Shown here one piece after another: positions 31,456-48,923 of a stretch of 64,000 nt of DNA. Made by a program: the position numbers and the translations under genes. This DNA comes from an uncultured Chloroflexia bacterium. Lineage in GTDB: Bacteria > Chloroflexota > Chloroflexia > Thermomicrobiales > JALYUS01. The stretch lies in assembly GCA_963763655.1 (NCBI GenBank), contig CAVXPY010000043.1, positions 49,283-113,282 on the forward strand, in the 5' to 3' direction. The first letter of the stretch is position 1. Every line of letters starts with the position of its first letter. Below the pieces are notes generated by a model, which did no database searches, was not told the origin of the DNA, and saw only the letters and a program-made list of their open reading frames with translations.

Positions 31456-32500
31456 GTGGCGATATTAGATGTCATTGAATGGGTAGATCAGGGAAGTAAC
31501 GAGATCGTCCACCGCGTGCCGGAATACGGTTCCGGCGAGTTCCGGCTCGGCTCGCAGTGCATCGTGCGTGATAGCCAGGTCGCGGTCTTCTTCCGTGACG
31601 GCAAGGCGCTCGACACGCTGCCGCCGGGGCGGCACACGCTCTCGACGCAGAATATCCCGATCCTCGCGGGGATATCTCAGCCTGCCGTTCGGGCACAAGT
31701 CACCCTTCCGCGCGGAGGTCGTCTACGTCTCGCTCAAGCAGTTCCTCGATATGAAATATGGGACGCCGCAGCCGATCATCTACCGCGATACCGATCTCGG
31801 TATCGTGCGGTTGCGCTCGTTCGGCACGTATGCGATGCGCGTGGTCGGATCCGCAACTGTTTGTCAACACGATTGTTGGCACGCAGGGGGTCTTCCGCAC
31901 CGAAGACATCGGCAACTACCTGCGCTCGATCATCGTCCAGCAACTGACGGTCATCATGGGCCAGGTAATGAAGAGCGTCCTCGATCTCGCCGTGATGTAC
32001 GAGCAGTTGGCGCTGGCGACAAAGACTGCCGTCGCGGATCAGTTCGCGGCATACGGTCTGCAACTCGACTCGTTCCAGATCGGCGCGATCACGCCGCCGG
32101 ACGAGGTGCAGGCGACGATTGACGAGCGTTCCGAGCATGGCGCGCACTCGGTAATCTCGATCAGTACATGAAGTACCGGACGGCGCAGGCAATCGGCGAC
32201 GCCGCGAACAACCCCGGCTGCGGGCGGCGACGCCCTCGGCGCGGGGATCGGCTTCGGCCTCGGCAGCCAGATCGCCGAATGCGATGCGGCAGCAGGCGCA
32301 GCGAGCAACCGCAGCAGCCGCAACAGCGCCAGCAACAGCAAGCGCCCAGCAGGCCAGCCCGGCGCGCCCGCTGCCGCATCAGGCCTGCGCCGACGACGGG
32401 GCCGAAGTTCTGCCCGAACTGCGGCTTCGCGCTCACCGCGATGCCGGACGGCGGGCCACCGAAGTTCTGCCCGAACTGCGGGAATAAATTGCGCGACTAG
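31456..32500 (+). CDS. SPFH/band-7 (flotillin-like) protein with a C-terminal double zinc-ribbon (COG4260-like); at least 3 apparent frameshifts
   Basis: GTG start 'VAILDVIEWVDQGSNEIVHRVPEYGSGEFRLGSQCIVRDSQVAVFFRDGKALDTL'. The SPFH core continues in ORFs 31568.. and 31758... The C-terminal 'PKFCPNCGFALTAMPDGGPPKFCPNCGNKL' is a tandem zinc ribbon. Confidence 0.7.
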
Positions 32501-33039
32501 GATGTTGTGACCGACGCCCCATCCCACGAGGAATGCGGCTGCTCAAAGGAGGCGCGCGAGCGTAATGCGTCCATCCGGGTTCCCGCTGCCATAGGTAGGG
32601 ACAGGGGGTATCCGCATCATAGAGCACATATCCATCATAGGCTCCACGCATCATCGCGAATCGAATCACAGCGCATGGAGACCGTTGACGAGGCGGGGAT
32701 TCGTCCGTATACTGCATGTTTGCGGATGCCTGCGGCGGTGCGATCGGCGTCAGACATAAGGTCGAGGTAGATTGCCAAATCGAACGACGGTAGATGAACG
32801 ATACAGGGTGGGGGAAACCTCGCCCTTCTGGTGTCTCTCCACATCTCTTTCGGTTACCCACCAGCATACGACAACGGTTCGTCGCACCATTGCGGCGGAC
32901 GGGGTAGCCTTGTCTTCGCATACGAGACGGCAGCGTGCGCGCGACGCGCGGCTGTTGTCGTCGCAGTGGCGAGCTAGCCACTGAGCACGACCAATCCGAG
33001 GTTGTTTTGGGTCTGTATATCACAAAGGGGGAAAGACGC
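32501..33039 (+). promoter_or_regulatory. long (~540 nt) lower-GC leader/promoter region upstream of rpoB
   Basis: There is no convincing ORF; the 32433..33041 minus ORF looks spurious. It ends with an AAGGGGGA SD before the rpoB ATG at 33040. No promoter or RNA fold could be assigned by eye. Confidence 0.3.
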
Positions 33040-36520
<3,481 letters not shown>

Positions 36521-36678
36521 GAGCCTCACCGCCATTCTCCATCGCGATGAGCGAGGAGCGAATCGAGGAGATGCGCGCGAAGCGTCATATTGCACGAGCG
36601 GCTGCGAGCTGCTCGCGCCGCTCCCCCAAACGAAATGGCGCGCTGCTCGCGCCAACGCGAAAGGGCTGGGGAACGACA

Positions 36679-41118
<4,440 letters not shown>

Positions 41119-41132
41119 CGACTAGGCAGCAG

Positions 41133-41170
41133 CCCTAACCCCCAGCCCCTTCCCCACTGGGGAAGGGGAG
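41133..41170. repeat. family-B hairpin element, copy 4 (directly after the rpoC stop)
   Basis: ccctaacccccagccccttccccactggggaaggggag. Confidence 0.7.
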
Positions 41171-41205
41171 CAGGGATGGATAACGCGAAATCGTGGATAC
41201 TCTGA

Positions 41206-41234
41206 GGGGCACACCATTCGTGTGCCCCTTTTCC
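41206..41234 (+). terminator. rho-independent terminator downstream of rpoC
   Basis: Stem GGGGCACAC / GTGTGCCCC with loop CATTC, followed by TTTTCC. Confidence 0.6.
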
Positions 41235-41288
41235 GTATATTATCTACATGACCTCTGACTGTTCGTGTCGTTGTGAAAGGATCGATCG

Positions 41289-41642
41289 ATGAGCACCTGG
41301 GGCTACGACATTTTCGACAATGATGAGGCGAACGACATCCGCGCGCTGTTCGAGGATGAACTGAACACCGGTGCCTCCGTCGCCCATGCGACTGCGGAAA
41401 TCCTGCGCGAATCGAAAGATGCATTGGATGACCCGGATAGTGGACCTATTATTTGGCTCGCGCTCGCGGCCTTGCAACTCCAGCGCAAAGAACTCCAGCC
41501 CAATGTGCGTGACCATGCCCTTGCCGTGATCGATGGCGGCGCAGACCTTGAACGCTGGGAAGCGGACGGCAAGTCCGTAGACGCGGAAGGGCGCAAGCGT
41601 GTGCTGGAAGAGCTACGGGCGCGTCTGGTAATCACAGCATAA
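41289..41642 (+). CDS. DUF4259-like hypothetical protein
   Basis: Intact 117-aa ORF beginning 'MSTWGYDIFDNDEANDI...'; this N-terminal motif is characteristic of the DUF4259 family. It lies in a lower-GC islet between rpoC and thrS. Confidence 0.55.
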   Translation: MSTWGYDIFDNDEANDIRALFEDELNTGASVAHATAEILRESKDALDDPDSGPIIWLALAALQLQRKELQPNVRDHALAVIDGGADLERWEADGKSVDAEGRKRVLEELRARLVITA

Positions 41643-41734
41643 TCATGGCATATGTGCGTAGTGCGCTTCTCGTAATCGATATCGTGCAAGCGCGAATCGC
41701 GGAGGAGACGCAGAAGGCTGCAAAGGATTGATCC

Positions 41735-42061
41735 ATGAAGGCACTATTAATCGATATCGAAGACGATGATACCACCACGAATGCGGCGACCGACGTCACA
41801 CTGACGCCTGAAATATATGCGCTTGCACGTCGGCCATATGCGGTCGTCGTGACCCACGAAGCGGATAGTGGATGGGTTGGCCGCGTGCCCGACCTTCCCG
41901 GCCTCGTCGCGGCGGGCGATACGCTCGATGAAATGATGGATGATCTCGAAGGAGCCAAGGAAGTCTCTATCGCATCACTGCTGCTGCGTGGTCACGCGGT
42001 GCCCGACCCGCGTCCGTATGAGGCAGTGGCGAATCTCCGCACCGGGATCGCAGCGCGGTAG
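41735..42061 (+). CDS. HicB-family (UPF0150) antitoxin-like protein, no adjacent HicA
   Basis: 'YAVVVTHEADSGWVGRVPDLPGLVAAGDTLDEMMDDLEGAKEVSIASLL' matches the HicB N-terminal RNase-H-like fold domain. No HicA-like ORF is found within 1 kb. Confidence 0.6.
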   Translation: MKALLIDIEDDDTTTNAATDVTLTPEIYALARRPYAVVVTHEADSGWVGRVPDLPGLVAAGDTLDEMMDDLEGAKEVSIASLLLRGHAVPDPRPYEAVANLRTGIAAR

Positions 42062-42096
42062 CCTTTCTGGATCGCTCACAATTTCTGTCGCGGAAG

Positions 42097-42141
42097 GCAA
42101 TGAAACGCCGCCGAGACTTGATCTCAGCGGCGTTTCATTGC
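42097..42141. terminator. perfect 15-bp palindromic hairpin between the convergent HicB-like gene and thrS (candidate bidirectional terminator)
   Basis: GCAATGAAACGCCGC-cgagacttgatctcag-GCGGCGTTTCATTGC. The stem contains the GCAATGA heptamer that also occurs in tandem arrays elsewhere. Confidence 0.55.
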
Positions 42142-42152
42142 ATGGTGAATCG

Positions 42153-44000
42153 TCAGTCCGCTGCTTGCGTCTGCATCTCCGGGGGCAGGAGATCGATGCC
42201 GCGCGCATCGCGCTGGGTGGTGGCGATCTGGATAAACTGGGCGAGCGGCATGGATTTCAAATCTTCGCCGGAGCGGAGCCGGACAGAGACCGCGCCCGCT
42301 TCGGCTTCGCGATCACCAACGACGAGCATGTACGGGATTTTCTGCACCTGCGCGTCGCGGATCTTCGCCTGCATCCGTCCGTCTGAGACGTCTGCCTCAC
42401 CCCGCAGGCCCGCCGCCTTCAGTTTGGCAACGACTTCCCGCGCGTAGTCCTGATGCCGATCCGCGATCGGAATGACCTCTGCTTGGACTGGTGCGAGCCA
42501 GACGGGGAAGGCGCCCGCGTAGTGCTCGATCAGGCCGCCGACGAACCGCTCCATCGAGCCAAGCACGGTACGATGGACCATCACCGGGCGGTGCCGCTCG
42601 CCATCGTCGCCGATGTACGACATATCGAAGCGGTCCGGCAGTTGCATAGTCTACACTGAATCGTCGGCCCCTGCCACTCGCGGCCAATTGCATCGTAGAG
42701 CTTGATGTCGATCTTCGGCGCGTAGAAGGTGCCGCCGCCCTCGTCCACTTCGTACTGCCATGCCGCGCTTCTTGAGCGCGCGGCGGAGCATCTCCGTCGC
42801 GTGCTCCCACACGTCTTCCGTGCCGACCCACTTTTCCGGTCGGGTCGCAAGATAGGCGCTGTAGGTGTAGCCGAAGGTCTGCATCATGTAATCGACGAGG
42901 TCGATGACGCCATTGACTTCGTCTTCGAGTTGATCCGGCGTGCAGAAGATGTGCGAGTCATCCTGCGTGAAGCCGCGGACGCGCAACATGCCGTGGAGCA
43001 CGCCGGAGCGCTCGTAGCGATAGACCGTGCCGAGTTCCGCCCACCGGAGGGGGAGATCGCGGTAGGAGCGCGTGCGGGTGTTGTAGATCGTGATCGCGGC
43101 GGGGCAGTTCATCGGCTTGACGTAGTAATCCGTGCCGTCAATGTCCATCGGCGATACATATTCTCGGCGTAGGACTGGAGATGACCACTCCGCTCGAAGA
43201 TCGCGCCGTTGTGGATGTGCGGCGTGTAGAGCAGATCGTAGCCGCGGTCGAAGTGGACCTGCTTCCAGAAGTCCTCGATCTCCTTGCGGATGATCGCGCC
43301 CTTCGGATGCCAGAGGATCAGGCCCGCGCCGATCTCGTCCGAGGTACTGAAGAGATCGAGTTCGCGCCCGAGGCGGCGATGATCGCGCCGTTCCGCTTCC
43401 TCCAGTTGGTGCAGGTAGGCGTCGAGGTCTTCCTGCGACTCCCACGCGGTCGCGTAGATGCGCTGCAGCTGCTGGCGATGCTCGTCGCCGCGCCAGTAGG
43501 CCCCGGCGATGCGCATCAGTTTGACCGGCCCGATCTTGCCGGTGTCCTCGACGTGCGGCCCGGCGCAGAGGTCCGTGAACGGCCCGTCGATGATAGAACG
43601 AGACTTCCTCATCCTCGGGGAGATCGTTGATCAGTTCGATTTTGTAGGGCTGGTCCTTGAAGAAGGCGCGCGCTTCGTCGCGCGGAGACGATCTTCTTGA
43701 CGAAGGGCGACTTCGCCGCGATGCGCTCCTGCATGCGCCGCTCGATCTCCGCGAAAGTCGTCCGGCGTCAGCGAGCGCGGCAGGTCGAAGTCGTAGTAGA
43801 AACCGTCCGCGATCGGCGGGCCAATGGCCAGTTTCGCGTCCGGGAAGATGTCCGAGCACCGCCTCCGCCATCACATGCGCCGCCGAGTGGCGCATCTTGC
43901 GGAGCGGGGTCCAGATGTCGTCGTCGTGCCGATCCGGTTGTACGAGTCCGGCGGCCTCCGCTTCCATCTCCTTACCGATGTCGTCGTCCTGCTCGCGCAT
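42153..44000 (-). CDS. thrS: threonine--tRNA ligase; at least 5 apparent frameshifts
   Basis: '[12 protein letters not shown]' is at the N-terminus. Class II motifs follow across shifted ORFs: '[21 protein letters not shown]', '[14 protein letters not shown]', '[36 protein letters not shown]', '[12 protein letters not shown]'. The anticodon-binding C-terminus is in ORF 42153..42647. Confidence 0.85.
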
Positions 44001-44021
44001 GGGGGATGTTCCCTCCCGATA

Positions 44022-44067
44022 ACAAAAAACCCGACCCCGAAACGAATGGGGACGGGGCGACCGGTCA
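44022..44067 (-). terminator. rho-independent terminator after tRNA-Val (minus strand)
   Basis: Minus-strand reading: CCCGTCCCCattcgtttcGGGGTCGGG followed by TTTTTTG. Confidence 0.5.
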
Positions 44068-44100
44068 TACCACTGCCGGTCCCTGCCTTACGAGGAGAAG

Positions 44101-44177
44101 TGGTGGGCGATACTGGGCTCGAACCAGTGACCTCCACGATGTCAACGTGGCGCTCTAACCAACTGAGCTAACCGCCC
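44101..44177 (-). tRNA. tRNA-Val (anticodon GAC), CCA encoded
   Basis: The reverse complement folds as a cloverleaf. Acceptor stem GGGCGGU/AUCGCCC with one G-U pair. D-arm GCUC..GAGC. Anticodon stem CCACG/CGUGG with loop UUGACAU. T-arm ACUGG-UUCGAGC-CCAGU. 3' ACCA. Confidence 0.9.
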
Positions 44178-44238
44178 TTCGCCTCGTGATCGGTAGGATA
44201 GCACGACCTGTCACGGCGCGCAAGTGCAAGTGCAGTCG

Positions 44239-44793
44239 TCAGTCGTAGTCAAAAAGGTCGTCAACCGCGATCTGCCAGCCAGGAAGTGCGGGCTCCGCAT
44301 CTGCAAAATCGCCCGAACCGGAAGACGAGAGGAGCATCAGGAGCGGATCGGCGATAGGAGGCGAACGGTTTCGTATCCGGATCAACATCCCAGACGACTT
44401 CTGCTCCCGCCGCGAAATAATCCGCACGCTTTCGCGCATAGGCGCGATCAGCGGCGGGACCGTGATCATGTTCCGAACGCACTTCTACCGCGAAGAGCGG
44501 CGCACCCTTGACGAATCTCATTCCCACCGCGTGAGTAGGAGAATGAAGCATCGGGGCTGAATGACTTTCGGTTCGGGAGGTCAACGACATAGGCGACACC
44601 ATCAGTTCGCGCGCGCCCTTCGCCGACTGTTTCACGTAGATTCTCGGAGGCTCGCAAAAATCTCGCCCGCGGTGAAGTTCGGGTCATCACCCGTCGGCGA
44701 CATGCTTACCAGCCTTCCACCGACCAGTTCGTAGTTGCCGTCGTCGGGAGCATGATAAAGGTCTTCGATGGTCGCTTCCGTTTTTGTCTGCAT
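44239..44793 (-). CDS. Uma2-family (DUF820) putative endonuclease, copy 1; 2 apparent frameshifts
   Basis: 'MQTKTEATIEDLYHAPDDGNYELVGGRLVSMSPTG' is in ORF 44632..44862. The core 'FAVEVRSEHDHGPAADRAYARKRADYFAAGAEVVWDVDP' is in ORF 44261... The C-terminal 'DFADAEPALPGWQIAVDDLF' is in ORF 44239... Confidence 0.65.
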
Positions 44794-44836
44794 GGTGAGC
44801 CCCCATTGTATCTCGTCCTTTAGCCGATTCAGCGAA

Positions 44837-45407
44837 TCATTGATGCTTTCGGCGGAACACATTAGCTACCGGGACGGACCAACCGGGCAGCGCCGGTTCC
44901 GCATTCGCGATATCGCCTTGATGGAAGGTGATCGCCTCTGTTGGCTTGTCGAAGCGATAGCTGGCGATTGTCTGACGAATAGGATCAACATCCCAGACGA
45001 CTTGTGTTCCCACCGCGAAGTAATCCGCCCGCTTTGCCGCGTACTCGCGATCCTTTGCCGGTCCGTAATCGCCTTCCGAGCGTACTTCGGCGGCAAAAAT
45101 CGGGATGCCCTCGATGAATTTCATTTCTTGTTCTTCGGAAGGAACATCAAACGTGTACGATGCATCGGGGCTGATCGATCGGCGGTGCGAGAGGTTGACG
45201 ATATACGCGGGACCATCGGCCAGTGCTGCCCCCGCACCTGTGTGATCCTCGTACTCGAGAAGGGCATCCGCAATGAAGAACGAAATTCGCCCTGGCCGAA
45301 ATCCGGTTGGCGACATCTTCACCAGCTTTCCATCGACCAATTCGTATTTGCCGTCATCGGGTGCATTAGTAGAGGTCTTCGATGGTTGCTTCGGTCTTTG
45401 TCTGCAT
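44837..45407 (-). CDS. Uma2-family (DUF820) putative endonuclease, copy 2 (tandem paralogue); one apparent frameshift near 45366
   Basis: ATG at 45405-45407 with an AAAGGAG SD. The same N-terminal 13 aa as copy 1 are followed by a stop and then resume as '...APDDGKYELVDGKLVKMSPTG...FAAEVRSEGDYGPAKDREYAAKRADYFAVGTQVVWDVDP...'. Nucleotide identity to copy 1 is ~75%. Confidence 0.65.
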
Positions 45408-45510
45408 CGCGGGCTCCTTTGCGTCTCGTCAGTATAGCGGATGCGGCGGTACGATGCCTGCGGTACACTGGCCGTGTCGAATCGGGACAGACCTGAAACG
45501 GAGGCAAAAT

Positions 45511-46065
45511 ATGTCACTCGCAGGTGTGAAGATCGCGGCGCTCGTCGAGGCTGAATTCGAAGACCTTGAACTCCTCTATCCGGTAATGCGCTTCCAGGAA
45601 GAGGGCGCGGAGGTCACGATCATCGGAACCGGGAGCGCGGAAACCTATAAAGGCAAGCACGGCCTATCGGTGACTGCGGATACGACGGCCGATAACGTGA
45701 ACGCGGCAGACTTCACGGCGATTATCGTGCCCGGCGGCTGGGCGCCGGACCGCCTGCGCCGCTACGACGCAGTGCTGGATTTCGTGCGCGCCTTCGACCG
45801 CGCCGAGAAGACGATTGGCATGGTCTGCCACGCGGGGTGGGTCGGTGCCTCCGCCGGTATCTTGCGCGGGCGACGCATCGCGGGCACGCGGGCGATCAAG
45901 GACGATGTGAACAACGCGGGCGGTGAGTGGGTCGATGTTCCGGCGATCCGGGACGGTAATCTCGTCACCGGGCGGGTCGTAGCAGACATCCCGGCATGGA
46001 CGAAGGAACTCGTCGCGGCGGTGTACGAGCAAGTCGGCGTGGCGCAACCGGTCGGCGCGCGCTAG
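45511..46065 (+). CDS. DJ-1/PfpI-family protein (type-1 glutamine amidotransferase-like)
   Basis: Intact, 184 aa; 'VPGGWAPDRLR' and the nucleophile elbow 'GMVCHAG' are present. Confidence 0.8.
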   Translation: MSLAGVKIAALVEAEFEDLELLYPVMRFQEEGAEVTIIGTGSAETYKGKHGLSVTADTTADNVNAADFTAIIVPGGWAPDRLRRYDAVLDFVRAFDRAEKTIGMVCHAGWVGASAGILRGRRIAGTRAIKDDVNNAGGEWVDVPAIRDGNLVTGRVVADIPAWTKELVAAVYEQVGVAQPVGAR

Positions 46066-46120
46066 ATGCGTAATCGGATGAACCGCCATGACGCCGGGGA
46101 CGCCGGAGAGGGGGACGGAA

Positions 46121-46225
46121 CACAGAGCGCACGGAGAGCACAGAGACCACAGAGAAGAGAAAATGCATTCACTCTCTGTGTCCTCTATGTCCTCTATGTC
46201 CTCTGTGGTCTCTGTGCTTCTCTCT
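46121..46225. repeat. inverted pair of heptanucleotide arrays, (CACAGAG)x5 and (CTCTGTG/TCCTCTA)x6, with an ~11-nt spacer
   Basis: cacagagcgcacggagagcacagagaccacagagaagaga aaatgcattca ctctctgtgtcctctatgtcctctatgtcctctgtggtctctgtg. Confidence 0.75.
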
Positions 46226-46325
46226 TCTCTTGGCATCCTTTCGGCATGCGCGGAATCATACCGCGAAGCGATGAGTGAGACATTTGTTGCGCGGGATCGT
46301 GCTGGTATCGCGGCCTGCGGTCCGG

Positions 46326-47370
46326 GTGCTCTGCTATGGTGCGGGGGCGGTCGGGTCGTTCCTCGCGGCGCGGCTTGGGCTGACGGGTGCGGATGTGACG
46401 CTGCTCGGTCGGCCCGCGACGGTGCGAGTCGCTCGCGAGACGGGCCTCGCGCTCGAAACGGGGGGCCGGACATTCGTCGCGCTCGTGCATGCAGTCGCCA
46501 GTATCGATGCGTTGCGGACGCCGCCCGATCTCGTCTTGCTCGCAGTCAAGTCGAACGACACCGCCGCCGCCTTGCCCGATCTCAAGCGGCTGGCGGCGAT
46601 GGGCGCGACGATCTGCACGATGCAGAACGGCGTCGGCAACGAGGCGGTGCTGATCGACGCGCTCGGCGCGGCGCATGTCCTCAGTGGCGCGATCACGATC
46701 AGCGTCAGCATGAAGGAGCCGGGCCTGGTGGTGCCGCATACCGGCGATGGGGGTGTCGCGTTCGCGCCGGTGCCGGGTGGGCCGACGCCAGGCACGCGCG
46801 CTGGCGATTTTCGATGAGGCGGGGTTGCCTGCGGTCGGCGTGGCGTCGTCTGACGAACTGAAATGGTCGAAACTCCTCCTCAATATTCTCGGTAATGCGC
46901 AAGCCGCGATCCTCGATACGGACGCCGCGTCGATTGCGGGCGATTCTGCCTCCTTCGGCATCGAGCAGCGCGCCTTCCGGGAAGCGCTCCAGGTGATGCG
47001 GCGCCTCCCGGCGCAGCCACTGCGCCTGCCCGGATACGATGTGCCGAAACTCGCGCTCGCGATGCGCTTCCCGCGCCCGATCGCGTGGCGGCTTCTCAAG
47101 GAGCGCATTGGTGGCGGGCGGGGCGAGAAACGACCCTCCCTCGCGCTCGACCTCGCGCGCGGCAAGCGAGAGACCGAGGTGGCGTGGCTCAACGGCGCGG
47201 TCGATGCAGCGGCGCGGCGGTACGGTCTGCACGCCCCCGTCAATGCAACCCTCACCGCGCTCGTGCAGCAGCTTGCGGCTGACCCGACCGCCTGCCCCCC
47301 GGTCCCCGAGCGACGCGCGTGGCTCGAACGATCCCTGCGGGAACGCGGTGTCCGCGTCCGATTAACGTGA
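46326..47370 (+). CDS. panE: 2-dehydropantoate 2-reductase; one apparent frameshift near 46790
   Basis: 'VLCYGAGAVGSFLAARL' is the NADP-binding motif. The C-terminal ApbA domain is in ORF 46747..47370 ('KWSKLLLNILGNA', 'RPSLALDLARGKRETEVAWLNGAV'). Confidence 0.7.
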
Positions 47371-47579
47371 GCGGGAACCGACCCAAACAGGAGAGCATCG
47401 CGCAGCGCGGCTGCTTCATCAGTGGCGTGCTGGCCGTGATCGTCCTCATCATCTTGCGGCGGTTCTTGTTCCGGTTGCCGCCTCTTGGCGTGCTCGTCCT
47501 CGCCGGAGCGCTCTGGTTCGGTTTCCTCGTCATCTATCTGCGCAGTGTCGGCAGTCGCGGGCGTCGCCCCGAAGAATAA
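47367..47579 (+). CDS. candidate small membrane protein (70 aa, 2 TM)
   Basis: The GTG at 47367 overlaps the panE stop (GTGA). Two hydrophobic helices ('GVLAVIVLIILRRFLF', 'VLVLAGALWFGFLVIYL') are present. No homology support. Confidence 0.25.
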   Translation: MSGNRPKQESIAQRGCFISGVLAVIVLIILRRFLFRLPPLGVLVLAGALWFGFLVIYLRSVGSRGRRPEE

Positions 47580-47590
47580 GAGAAGGCGCG

Positions 47591-48244
47591 ATGACGGAAG
47601 AGACATGGCGTAGGTGGGAAGAAGAGTTCGCGGCATTCCTCGCGGCGCAAGCGGTGCCGGGAGACGCGGCGCACGACGCGATGCACATCCGCCGTGTCGT
47701 CGCGAATGCGCGAAGCCTCGCGGTTGCCGAGGGTGCGGACCTCGCAATCGTGCTGCCCGCCGCGTGGCTGCATGATTGCGTAATCGTGCCGAAGGATGCA
47801 CCCGAACGTGCGATGGCCTCCCGCCTCGCGGCGTCTGCGGCGGCGGACTTCCTGCGATCAGCGGGGTATGACGCCGCAGCGATCCCCGCCATTCAGCACG
47901 CCATCGAGGCGCATAGCTTCTCCGCCGGTATCCCGCCCCGCACGCGCGAAGCAGAGATCGTGCAGGATGCGGACCGCCTCGATGCGCTCGGCGCGGTCGG
48001 TATTGCCCGCACGATGATGCTTGGCGGCGCGATGGCGCAACCACTCTACGACGCCACCGAGCCTTTCCCCCGCACCCGCACCGCAGACGACCGGCGAAAT
48101 GTGCTCGATCACTTTTTCGTCAAGCTGCTGACTCTTCACGGCACGATGCGAACGCACGCCGGGCGGCAGGAAGCAGCCCGCCGCACCGCATTCATGCAGC
48201 AGTTCCTCGATCAACTCGGCATGGAAATCGGTACAGAGCGATAA
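47591..48244 (+). CDS. HD-domain phosphohydrolase
   Basis: Intact, 217 aa. The 'HD' pair is in 'AAWLHDCV' and a downstream Asp is in 'IVQDADRLDALGAVG'. Confidence 0.7.
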   Translation: MTEETWRRWEEEFAAFLAAQAVPGDAAHDAMHIRRVVANARSLAVAEGADLAIVLPAAWLHDCVIVPKDAPERAMASRLAASAAADFLRSAGYDAAAIPAIQHAIEAHSFSAGIPPRTREAEIVQDADRLDALGAVGIARTMMLGGAMAQPLYDATEPFPRTRTADDRRNVLDHFFVKLLTLHGTMRTHAGRQEAARRTAFMQQFLDQLGMEIGTER

Positions 48245-48309
48245 CCCTTGGGCTGAATCCTGCTGTCCGTTGCTGGCACAGGCTGAAGCCCATGCCACCG
48301 AGCCATTAC

Positions 48310-48747
48310 TCAGTGGCCGAGGATGTACACGCTCATTGCGCGGGGCTGCCACTGCACGTCGGTCTCTTTGAAGCGGGCGAGTAGCGCGGTCGCCTCGGCG
48401 TGCAGCGGGCGGATGCGCGGATTGCGTACCTTCCATCTGCCGGTGACCTGAAAGATCACCAGCTGGCTATCGCCGCGCACGGTGAGCGTGTACATCTTGG
48501 GCTCCAAAGATGCGGCGGTCAGGCGGGCGATGACGTCCCGCAGTGCGGCGATCAGCGTGCGGTATTCGGCCTCGTTGTTTGTCACTCGATTGCCGAACTC
48601 GAGGCGCTCGATCTGCCACAGCGCGCCGGTGCGCAGTTGGTACGAGCCGTATCCTTCGCCGGGATTTCCCCGCGCGCCGCCATCGAAGATAATCGTGTAG
48701 TCCGCATCGTTTCGTTCCATTGCGACGATGGTATCATGTCCGTACAT
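48310..48747 (-). CDS. ribonuclease H (RNase HI-like, reverse-transcriptase-type RNase H fold)
   Basis: 'IIFDGGARGNPGEGYG...NNEAEYRTLIAALR...TVRGDSQLVIFQVTGRWKV' carries the DEDD catalytic residues in their typical spacing. The start is possibly at M10 (48720). Confidence 0.75.
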   Translation of the reverse strand: MYGHDTIVAMERNDADYTIIFDGGARGNPGEGYGSYQLRTGALWQIERLEFGNRVTNNEAEYRTLIAALRDVIARLTAASLEPKMYTLTVRGDSQLVIFQVTGRWKVRNPRIRPLHAEATALLARFKETDVQWQPRAMSVYILGH

Positions 48748-48766
48748 TGCGGCAAAGGGGGAGGAG

Positions 48767-48906
48767 AGTAGGCAGTAGGCAGTAGGCAGTAGTCAGTGAC
48801 CAGAGATCGGACGTACGCGACCTGTCGCATCGCCCGACGAGCGATAGGCGCATTCTCCCTTCTGCCTACCGACTACTGACTACTGTCTACTGTCTACTGC
48901 CTACTC
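48767..48906. repeat. inverted pair of heptanucleotide arrays, (AGTAGGC)x4 and (CTACTGN)x6, around a ~63-nt spacer
   Basis: agtaggcagtaggcagtaggcagtagtcagt ... ctgcctaccgactactgactactgtctactgtctactgcctactc. It lies between the divergent RNase H and CvpA-like genes. Confidence 0.75.
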
Positions 48907-48923
48907 AAGGGGATAGGGGGTTC

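Noticed and set aside
42153-44000. A T-box or other leader upstream of thrS
   Set aside because: Only ~100 nt separate the thrS start from tRNA-Val, and a terminator hairpin occupies it. There is no room for a T-box riboswitch.
46194-48044. 616-aa minus-strand ORF spanning panE and the HD-domain gene
   Set aside because: Arg/Pro/Ala-rich composition with no motifs. It overlaps two recognisable plus-strand genes, so it is a GC-driven spurious ORF.
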